A stretch of 55,377 nt of DNA, filler included, from Candidatus Zhuqueibacterota bacterium (GTDB lineage Bacteria > BS750m-G25): NCBI GenBank assembly GCA_016783505.1. It is 4 parts of 4 records of this genome, joined end to end, with 100 filler letters (N's around TTAATTAATTAA, not from the genome) between each part and the next. Parts side by side here need not be neighbours in the genome. Positions count along the whole stretch, not along the records: positions 41,796 to 55,377 come from JADHWK010000059.1; 3 more parts are not named here. One strand, written 5' to 3'. Position numbers and translations under genes: made by a program. Of the stretch, positions 47,589 through 55,377 are shown in pieces (the stretch's first letter is position 1; each line of letters begins with the position of its first letter). The notes beneath the pieces were generated by a model. That model saw nothing but the letters and a program-made list of their open reading frames with translations, was not told the origin of the DNA and made no database searches.

Positions 47589-49637
47589 ATGAAATGCCTG
47601 ATCATCGCTGCCGGGCGAGGAAGCAGACTATCAACTAGGGGAGATTCAAAGCCCCTCATTCCTCTCCTGGGATTATCCCTTATCGAACGGGTGATATTAA
47701 CCGCAAAAAAGAGCGGTCTTACTGATTTCTTTGTGGTGACAGGGTACAAAGGTAAAAAGGTAAGGCAACACCTTAACAGATTTAGCCAGAGCAGAAACAT
47801 AAATATAACCCATATCATAAAAGAGGATTGGGAGAAGGGAAACGGCATATCTGTCCTTAAGGCAAAAGAATTATTAAATGAGAATTTTATTCTGTTGATG
47901 GGGGATCACGTCTTTGACGAATCAATACTGGTAAGACTAAAGAACGAAAGAATACTCGATGGCAAAGTTGTGCTGGCCGTAGATTATAACATTAAAACCA
48001 ACAACCTCGTTGATGTCACCAAAGTTCTTGTCGAAGACAACAGGATTTTAGATATAGGAAAGAATATCAAGAAATACAACGCTTATGATACAGGAAATTT
48101 TCTTTGTTCTCCGGCAATATTCAGTGCCATCGAAGAAAGTTTGTCTAATGGTAACGATTCTCTTTCAAGTGGAATGGGGGTAATGGCTGAAAAAGGGAAG
48201 GTTAAAGCCATAGACATTAAAAATTCTTACTGGGTTGAGGTGAATACAAAGAACGATTGCAGAAAAGCCGCCAAGCTATTGTATGGTGAGTCAATAAAAC
48301 CGGCCGGTCCAATTACTCGATATATCAATGCGACATTTGCCACCAGGATTTTTACACCCCTTCTTCTTAAAATATATAAAAAATTTACCCCCAATCAGGT
48401 CTCCATATTGAGTTTTGTTGTAGCTATTATAAGCAGCTTAAGTTTTGTTCTTAGTCATGCGATTACAGGAGGTTTATTGATACAACTATCAAGTATTTTG
48501 GACTATAGTGATGGGCAAATATCACGAATCAAGCATATGGAGTCCCGTTTTGGACATTTCATTGACACAACCCTTGACCGCTATGACGATGGTTTCATAC
48601 TTTTAGGGATGTTTTATTACTCACTATCCCAAATAGGGAGTAAAGAGATACTGGGGATTTATTGGAGCCCTTTGATCATTAGTAGCATTTCCATATTAGC
48701 GATCATAGGGAACCTGATGGTCAGTTACACTTCCGCAACATCGGTGGTTAATTTTGGCTATGTATATAAAAGGAGATGGATTGCTGCTGGAAGAGGGAGA
48801 GACATTAGACTATTTCTACTTTTCGTCGGGGGAATAATGAGCTATTTTCATCCGATTTTTGTATTACTTGCCTTGTTTATTATGGCCTTACAAACCAATA
48901 TAATTGTAATATGGCGAATTATTTTATCATGGAATTATTATAACAAAGAGGGTGCTTTCAGGATGATGAGAAGAATTAAAGCAATTATTTTTGATTTTGA
49001 TGGAACAGTAGCAAATACAATGCCTTTCTTAACAGAGTTGGCTGTAAATCTTATTACTGAGAACTATAACATCTCAAAAGAAGATGCTGAAAGAAAGTAT
49101 TTAGAGACGACCGGATTAGATTTTGCGAGCCAGTTGGGGACAATTTTTCCAGACAATCCCAGCAACCAGAAAGTGGCCGCTATCTTTGAGGAAAGTAAGT
49201 TAAGGGGTGTTTTCGACCATCCCCTCTTCCCCGATGTCATACCCACCCTGGACCATTTTAGAAAAAAGAAAATCAAGATGTTTGTTTGCAGCAGTACCAA
49301 ACAAAGGATAATTACAAAATATGGCCAGTTAAACAAAATTGATGATTTGATGGATAACCTTTTTGGTTATGAACCCGGTTTCAAAAAGGGAGACCAGATT
49401 GATTTCATCCTTCAGCACTATAAATTGCGACCTGACGAAGTGGTTTTTGTGGCGGATTCTTTAAGAGATCATGGTTTTGCTGAAGAAAGAAAATTAAATT
49501 TTATCGGTATTTCTAAAATTTTTGAGAAAAAAGAGTTTCAGAATAAGGGGGCATTAAGCGTTAGTAGCCTGAATGATCTTAGGAAGCTTTTTGATACATC
49601 TTACAATTATCTCAAATATGTTGAAAAGGTAAGATGA
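47589..49637 (+). CDS. Three-domain fusion: NTP transferase (IPCT-like), CDP-alcohol phosphotransferase (DIPPS-like), HAD phosphatase
   Basis: IIAAGRGSRL..KPL; TPNQVS and DYSDGQISR...GHFIDTTLD; FDFDGT...SST...ADSLRD. Confidence 0.88.
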   Translation: MKCLIIAAGRGSRLSTRGDSKPLIPLLGLSLIERVILTAKKSGLTDFFVVTGYKGKKVRQHLNRFSQSRNINITHIIKEDWEKGNGISVLKAKELLNENFILLMGDHVFDESILVRLKNERILDGKVVLAVDYNIKTNNLVDVTKVLVEDNRILDIGKNIKKYNAYDTGNFLCSPAIFSAIEESLSNGNDSLSSGMGVMAEKGKVKAIDIKNSYWVEVNTKNDCRKAAKLLYGESIKPAGPITRYINATFATRIFTPLLLKIYKKFTPNQVSILSFVVAIISSLSFVLSHAITGGLLIQLSSILDYSDGQISRIKHMESRFGHFIDTTLDRYDDGFILLGMFYYSLSQIGSKEILGIYWSPLIISSISILAIIGNLMVSYTSATSVVNFGYVYKRRWIAAGRGRDIRLFLLFVGGIMSYFHPIFVLLALFIMALQTNIIVIWRIILSWNYYNKEGAFRMMRRIKAIIFDFDGTVANTMPFLTELAVNLITENYNISKEDAERKYLETTGLDFASQLGTIFPDNPSNQKVAAIFEESKLRGVFDHPLFPDVIPTLDHFRKKKIKMFVCSSTKQRIITKYGQLNKIDDLMDNLFGYEPGFKKGDQIDFILQHYKLRPDEVVFVADSLRDHGFAEERKLNFIGISKIFEKKEFQNKGALSVSSLNDLRKLFDTSYNYLKYVEKVR

Positions 49638-49641
49638 GGCC

Positions 49642-49709
49642 GCAGAACTCCTTGTGGACATTTCCCGCCTACCAGCAACCCGATTGGGTCGGGTCATCCA
49701 CCGAAAATT
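49642..49709 (+). repeat. Island repeat copy C (with hairpin)
   Basis: GCAGAACTCCTTGTGGACATTTCCCGCCTACC...GGGTCGGGTCATCCACCGAAAATT aligns with 45983-46047. Confidence 0.65.
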
Positions 49710-49769
49710 AAGTAATGTGGTTAGTCGAAACGTTTTTCATCTTTCAAAGACATGGATAAGGGGTCTAAT

Positions 49770-51248
49770 ATGAAAACACTTCTCGTTTATCCAGATTATC
49801 CGGACACTTTCTGGAGTTTTAAGTACGCATTAAAATTCATATTTAAAAAGGCCACTCACCCGCCCCTGGGGTTATTGACTGTGGCTGCGATGCTTCCTGA
49901 GGAGTGGGAGAAAAGACTTGTAGACATGAATGTATCAGCATTAACCGATAGAGACCTTGAATGGGCTGATTATGTGTTTATTAGTGCTATGTCTATCCAG
50001 AAACAATCGGTAAAAGAAATCATCACCAGGTGCAAGAAAATAGGCGTTAAGACTGTGGTTGGTGGTCCTCTTTTTACTACTGGACATGAAGATTTTGATG
50101 ATGTAGATCATTTTGTGCTTAATGAGGCAGAAATTACGCTGCCGCCATTTTTAGAAGATTTGAGAAACGGTTGTGCTAAGCACATTTATACCTCTAAAGA
50201 ATTACCGGACATAGAAAAGACGCCCATTCCGTCCTGGGGACTTATCAACATGAAAAGATATTTATCTATGAATATCCAGTATTCCCGGGGCTGTCCTTTT
50301 AATTGTGAATTCTGCGACATCAGGGTGCTTTATGGCGATAAGGTGCGAACGAAGGGAAAAGGCCAGATATTAGCCGAATTAGAAAACCTGTACTCCCAGG
50401 GCTGGCGGGGTGGAGTATTTTTTGTTGATGATAACTTTATAGGAAACAAGAGAAAGTTAAAAAAGGAGATTTTGCCCGCAACAATTGAATGGATGGAGAG
50501 AAAAAAACATCCCTTTGCTTTTAATACGGAGACATCCATAAATCTTTCCGACGATGATGAACTCATGCAATTGATGGTTAAGGCAGGATTTGATTCAGTA
50601 TTTGTTGGTATTGAGACACCGAACGAGGAAAGTCTTGTAGAATGTAATAAGTTTCTGAACAGAAACCGTGATTTAGTAGCCTGCGTAAAGAAGATTCAGA
50701 GATTTGGTTTACAGGTACAAGGGGGATTCATTGTGGGTTTTGATAATGATCCCCTTTCAATTTTCGAAAGGCTTATTGCATTTATTAAGGAAAGTGGAAT
50801 TGTCACCGCCATGGTTGGGTTATTAAATGCTCCTCGTGGCACAGGACTTTACCATCGTCTTGAAAAAGAGAATCGGTTGTTAAAAGATGTTACCGGTGAC
50901 AATACAGACTGCTCAATTAATTTCATTCCAAAAATGAACTATGACACGCTTATTGATGGTTATAAAAAGATTCTCAATACAATTTATTCTTCAAAACATT
51001 ACTACAAAAGAGTTAAGGGGTTTTTAAGAGAATATAAGCCGTTGCAAAAAAAGGGGTTTCGCTTTCATTTCAATCACATTGGAGCACTCTTCAAATCGGT
51101 ATTATTTTTAGGGATAATAGGGAGAGAACGGTTTCAATACTGGAAACTTTTTTTCTGGTCTTTGTTCAGGCGCCCAAGACTTTTTCCATTGGCAATCACT
51201 TTTGCGATCTACGGATTCCATTTTCGAAAGGTTTTTGAGAATTACTGA
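49770..51248 (+). CDS. B12-binding radical SAM protein (DUF4070)
   Basis: PPLGLLTVAA, SRGCPFNCEFC, FVDDNFIG, GFIVGFD. Confidence 0.93.
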   Translation: MKTLLVYPDYPDTFWSFKYALKFIFKKATHPPLGLLTVAAMLPEEWEKRLVDMNVSALTDRDLEWADYVFISAMSIQKQSVKEIITRCKKIGVKTVVGGPLFTTGHEDFDDVDHFVLNEAEITLPPFLEDLRNGCAKHIYTSKELPDIEKTPIPSWGLINMKRYLSMNIQYSRGCPFNCEFCDIRVLYGDKVRTKGKGQILAELENLYSQGWRGGVFFVDDNFIGNKRKLKKEILPATIEWMERKKHPFAFNTETSINLSDDDELMQLMVKAGFDSVFVGIETPNEESLVECNKFLNRNRDLVACVKKIQRFGLQVQGGFIVGFDNDPLSIFERLIAFIKESGIVTAMVGLLNAPRGTGLYHRLEKENRLLKDVTGDNTDCSINFIPKMNYDTLIDGYKKILNTIYSSKHYYKRVKGFLREYKPLQKKGFRFHFNHIGALFKSVLFLGIIGRERFQYWKLFFWSLFRRPRLFPLAITFAIYGFHFRKVFENY

Positions 51249-51268
51249 AATTTAAAAGGGAGATCAGA

Positions 51269-51574
51269 ATGAATATCTATGTGGGCAATTTGTCAACTGA
51301 GGTCACCGAAGAGGATTTGCAACAGGCCTTTGAGGCCTTCGGGCAGGTCACATCCGCCACCGTTATAAAGGACATGTTCAGCGGCGTATCAAGAGGGTTC
51401 GGATTCGTGGAGATGCCCGCCAAAGCGGAAGCCCAGTCCGCCATCACCGGCCTGAGCGGCAAAGATTTGAAGGGCCAAATACTTAACGTTAATGAGGCTC
51501 GCCCCCGATCCGAGGGCCGCCGGGGTAGAGGAGGACGAGGCGGGGGAAGAAAGGGTGGTGGGCGGCGCTTCTAA
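51269..51574 (+). CDS. RRM RNA-binding protein (paralog of 33770-34075)
   Basis: IYVGNL, RGFGFVEM, Gly/Arg tail. Confidence 0.95.
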   Translation: MNIYVGNLSTEVTEEDLQQAFEAFGQVTSATVIKDMFSGVSRGFGFVEMPAKAEAQSAITGLSGKDLKGQILNVNEARPRSEGRRGRGGRGGGRKGGGRRF

Positions 51575-51697
51575 TAAGCGAGATGAAACCCCATAAAGAT
51601 TGTTGGTGTTGAGTGATTTGGACGAGAGAAGTATTGGTGATGAGTGTTGTTGCAAAACCACCCGTAGCCCCCTTTTATTAGTTAATGAAAACATTTT

Positions 51698-52207
51698 GTG
51701 AAGGGCCTGGTGAAAAAGATCAACGTACGACTCTTGTTGCCATCGGACTTACCCGCAATTCAAAAAGTCGCTTTGGAAACTTGGTCAGATACGTACGGCT
51801 CTTTCATCCCCGAAGAAGACATTTTAGAGGATCATAATAAACACTGCAACATAGAAGCACTCGGTAAACTTTATAAAAAGCGAGATGGGATGGTGGGCGA
51901 GGTAGATAATGAAGTTGTGGCTTATTCAACTTGTGGATTGAATGAAGAAATGAATCGATATCATATATATTCTCTATACATTTTGCCGGATTACCAAGGT
52001 CATGGGTTGGGTAAGAAACTACTAGGCCTGGCCTATGAAAAAGCCAAGGAATTGGGTTTTGATAGAGTTTGGTTAGGAGTTATGGAGAAGAACACCAAAA
52101 CCCTGGAATGGTATCGGTCTCAAGGGTTTCAATTTGTGGAAGAAGAACCCTTCACCATGGGAAAAACCATTGTTAATTGTCTGAATGGCTACAAATTGAT
52201 ATCGTAG
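51698..52207 (+). CDS. GNAT acetyltransferase
   Basis: LYILPDYQGHGLGKKLL, N.....WY...GF. Confidence 0.9.
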   Translation: MKGLVKKINVRLLLPSDLPAIQKVALETWSDTYGSFIPEEDILEDHNKHCNIEALGKLYKKRDGMVGEVDNEVVAYSTCGLNEEMNRYHIYSLYILPDYQGHGLGKKLLGLAYEKAKELGFDRVWLGVMEKNTKTLEWYRSQGFQFVEEEPFTMGKTIVNCLNGYKLIS

Positions 52208-52717
52208 AGCATTTCAGCAAATTCCGTTTCCAACCATAAATTGTTCAAAGCCATACTGATATTTGTCTTAAGGGACTGTGATGCAACCCTGAAATTGCTG
52301 ATTCGGAGTTTCAAATAAACCCGTCCATACATATCCGTCTGGATAAACGGGTAACTCCAACTGGCGGAGTTATCCCGAAACTTCGGGGTTTATTAGATTA
52401 TATGTCCTATCTTGTCTAGGTGTTTACACTATGGTTAACAGATTCTTCTCAAAATGTCCCATTAATAACTCACGCTACTGACCATAAAATTACCTCCTTT
52501 CTAAAACGGTTTTGTTCGTTATATATACCCAAGAAAGAAAGCTTTATCGAACAGTGATTCACAACCCCATTAAAAGAAAATAGTAGGTCCCTAAAAAAGA
52601 ACAATAACATAAAAGTGTAAACACCCCCTCAAGATAATACAGATTTATACAATAGATAGTTCTGCCACAGGGCTTTAAGGATAAAATCTCCCATCTCGAA
52701 ATACTTGAATCATAAAA

Positions 52718-55210
52718 ATGTGTGCCATTCAGCGAGAGAAGATTATTCCCATTAACATCGAGGAGGAGATGAAGGACTCCTACCTCGATTACTCCATGTC
52801 GGTGATCGTATCCCGGGCCCTGCCTGACGTGCGGGACGGATTAAAACCAGTCCACCGCCGGGTCCTCTACGGCATGAACGACATGGGGCTTCAACACAAT
52901 AAGCCCTACAAGAAATCGGCCCGTATCGTGGGCGATGTGATGGGAAAATACCACCCCCACGGAGACGCCGCCATCTACGATACCATGGTGCGTATGGTGC
53001 AGGACTTTTCCCTCCGCTACCCCCTGGTGGACGGTCAGGGGAACTTCGGCTCCATTGATGGGGATGGAGCGGCGGCCATGCGGTATACCGAGGCCCGGAT
53101 GGCCGAGATAGCCGAGGAGATACTGGCCGATATCGAAAAAGACACCGTGGGTTTTGTGCCCAACTACGACGATACCCTGAAGGAACCCTCTGTCCTACCC
53201 GCAAAGCTCCCCAACCTGCTGGTCAACGGGGCCTCGGGGATCGCCGTGGGGATGGCCACCAATATTCCACCCCATAACCTTTCCGAGATTGTGGATGGGA
53301 TCGTTACCCTTATTGATAATCCCGATATTACAGCCGATGGGTTAATGAATTACATCATCGCCCCGGACTTCCCCACCGGGGGGATCATCTACGGTAAAAG
53401 GGGGGTGAGGGATGCCTATGAGACGGGAAGGGGACGGGTGGTCATCCGAGCCCGGGCCAGCGTGGAAGCGCTCAAAGGGGGGCGGGACCGGATCGTCATC
53501 TCCGAGGTTCCATATCAGGTTAACAAGGCCCGGTTGATCGAAAAGATCGCCGAACTGATCAAAGAAAAGGTCATCACTGGTGTGTCCGAAATCCGTGACG
53601 AATCGGATCGGGACGGCATGCGGGTGGTGATGGAGCTGAAGCGGGAGGGCGTACCCGAGGTCATCCTAAACCAGATCTACCAGCACACCCAGGCCCAGTC
53701 TACCTTCGGGGTGATCATGCTGGGGCTGATGGACGGCCAGCCCCGGGTGCTCAACCTGAAGGAGATGCTCCAGGCCTTTATTGACCACCGCCATGAGGTG
53801 GTCTTAAGACGGACGAAGTTTGACCTGGAGAAGGCCCGGGAACGGGCCCACATCCTGGAGGGGCTGAAGATCGCCGTTGACAACATAGACGAGATCGTGG
53901 CCCTGATCAAGGGGTCAAAGAATCCCGAGGAGGCCAGGGTGGGACTGATGGTGAGATTTAAGCTCTCAGAGGTTCAGGCCAGGGCTATCCTGGATATGAG
54001 GCTTCAACGCCTTACCGGTCTGGAAAGACGAAAACTAGTGGATGAACTTCGGGCCCTGAGTGAGCTCATAGTGGAGCTTTCCAACATACTGGAAAGCAAG
54101 GAGCTTCAATTGGGGATCATCAAGGACGAGTTGGCTGAGATGAAGGAGAAATACGGGGACGGTCGTCGAAGCGAGGTGGTGGAGACGACAGAGGAATTCT
54201 CCATTGAGGACATGATCGCCGAGGAGGACATGGTGATCACCATTTCCCACCGGGGTTTTATCAAGCGTTTCCCTGTCTCCGGCTTCCGCCGTCAGCAGAG
54301 GGGGGGGAAGGGTTCCACCGGGGCGGGCACCGTCGAGGAGGACTTCATCGAGCATATGTTCGTTGCCTCCACCCATCACTACATTCTCTTCTTCACCGAC
54401 AAGGGCCGCTGCTACTGGCTCAAGGTTCATCAAATCCCCCAGGCGGGGAAGGCCTCTAAGGGTCGGGCCATAGTTAATTTATTGGAAAAACAGCCCGAAG
54501 AGAAGATAGCCGCCTTCGTGACGGTACGCGAGTTTAATCCCGAACTCTTCGTGGTGATGGCCACCCGCAGAGGAATAGTTAAAAAAACCCCCTTGGTGGA
54601 TTACAGTCACCCCCGGCGAGGGGGAATCAATGCCATCACCATCAGGCCCGACGATCAGCTCATCGAGGCTCGGATTACGGACGGAACTAACGACATCATT
54701 CTGGGAACCCGGGGGGGGAAGGCCATCCGTTTCCATGAGAGCGACGTCAGGTCTATGGGACGGACCGCAGCCGGGGTTCAAGGGGTGAAAGTGTCGGGCG
54801 AGGACGCCGTGGTGGGGATGGTGATTATCAAGCGGGATTCCACCATACTGGTAGTGACCGAGAAGGGTTACGGCAAGCGCACCGGGGTGAAGGACTATCG
54901 CATCACCCACCGCGGGGGGAAGGGGATCATCACCATCAAGACCACCCCCAAGGTGGGCCGGATGGTGGCCATCAAGGAGGTGGTGGACGATGACGATTTG
55001 ATGATCATCACCGCCGCAGGGATCCTCATCCGTCAGCATGTGGGCCGCATCAAGGTCATCGGCCGCAATACCCAGGGGGCGAGGCTGATCAATCTAAGGG
55101 AGGAAGATGAGATCGGGGATGTGGCCCGGGTGGTGAGGCAGGAGGAGATGGAAGAGGAGTCCCCCGAGGAATATGTAGGTTCGGAAGAAACGGAAACAGG
55201 AAAGACTTAG
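52718..55210 (+). CDS. gyrA: DNA gyrase subunit A
   Basis: [13 protein letters not shown] active-site Tyr, GyrA-box QQRGGKG, C-terminal pinwheel repeats. Confidence 0.98.
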   Translation: MCAIQREKIIPINIEEEMKDSYLDYSMSVIVSRALPDVRDGLKPVHRRVLYGMNDMGLQHNKPYKKSARIVGDVMGKYHPHGDAAIYDTMVRMVQDFSLRYPLVDGQGNFGSIDGDGAAAMRYTEARMAEIAEEILADIEKDTVGFVPNYDDTLKEPSVLPAKLPNLLVNGASGIAVGMATNIPPHNLSEIVDGIVTLIDNPDITADGLMNYIIAPDFPTGGIIYGKRGVRDAYETGRGRVVIRARASVEALKGGRDRIVISEVPYQVNKARLIEKIAELIKEKVITGVSEIRDESDRDGMRVVMELKREGVPEVILNQIYQHTQAQSTFGVIMLGLMDGQPRVLNLKEMLQAFIDHRHEVVLRRTKFDLEKARERAHILEGLKIAVDNIDEIVALIKGSKNPEEARVGLMVRFKLSEVQARAILDMRLQRLTGLERRKLVDELRALSELIVELSNILESKELQLGIIKDELAEMKEKYGDGRRSEVVETTEEFSIEDMIAEEDMVITISHRGFIKRFPVSGFRRQQRGGKGSTGAGTVEEDFIEHMFVASTHHYILFFTDKGRCYWLKVHQIPQAGKASKGRAIVNLLEKQPEEKIAAFVTVREFNPELFVVMATRRGIVKKTPLVDYSHPRRGGINAITIRPDDQLIEARITDGTNDIILGTRGGKAIRFHESDVRSMGRTAAGVQGVKVSGEDAVVGMVIIKRDSTILVVTEKGYGKRTGVKDYRITHRGGKGIITIKTTPKVGRMVAIKEVVDDDDLMIITAAGILIRQHVGRIKVIGRNTQGARLINLREEDEIGDVARVVRQEEMEEESPEEYVGSEETETGKT

Positions 55211-55241
55211 GTTTTTACTTTTATTACTTCAGCAAAAACAG

Positions 55242-55273
55242 AAAAACCAGTACCCTTTTAGGGCTGGTTTTTT
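55242..55273 (+). terminator. Rho-independent terminator after gyrA
   Basis: AAAAACCAG-TA-CCCT-TTT-AGGG-CTGGTTTTTT. Confidence 0.8.
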
Positions 55274-55377
55274 GTTTGTTTAAAACAACAAGATCAATAG
55301 TCCCCAGTTTAAAATTTATATCCTGCCGAGAAGTAGACGATATCATTTTCTTCCCAAGATTTCCCCCCAAATAGCCT

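Overview
This is not one chromosomal locus. It is four assembly contigs (1-14049, 14150-27951, 28052-41695, 41796-55377, in decreasing size) joined by artificial N44-TTAATTAATTAA-N44 linkers, so gene neighbourhood across the linkers means nothing. The gene content (LPS heptosyltransferase, TonB receptor, Fe-S/Se genes, Ser/Thr kinases, Rsb-type partner switching) suggests an anaerobic diderm bacterium, probably a MAG. Contig 1 carries housekeeping genes (apbE, polyprenyl synthase, rpsF-ssb-rpsR-rplI, hppA), plus integron-type gene cassettes with clear attC sites but no integrase, and a decayed four-helix-bundle element. Contig 2 is a single co-oriented metal-cofactor cluster resembling the 'Orange protein' (ORP) loci. 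It has NifB/NifX proteins, two COG1149 Fe-S ATPases, DUF5320-like Gly/Arg-rich proteins, Fur, DUF59, DUF1858 and DUF169, and ends in a NifS/Sec-lyase-like::SelD fusion and hypA. Contig 3 carries a DUF3857 protein, ddl, a decaying restriction-like islet, an RRM protein, RsbU/STAS, and two Ser/Thr kinases. Contig 4 has gyrB and gyrA separated by a ~10.4 kb AT-rich island. The island holds DUF6338, an m4C-type MTase with a NotI-family endonuclease, a DUF3644/HEPN protein, a three-domain NTP-transferase::CDP-alcohol transferase::HAD fusion, a B12 radical SAM, an RRM protein and a GNAT; related hairpin-bearing repeats divide it into modules. All family assignments come from motif recognition by eye, not from database searches.
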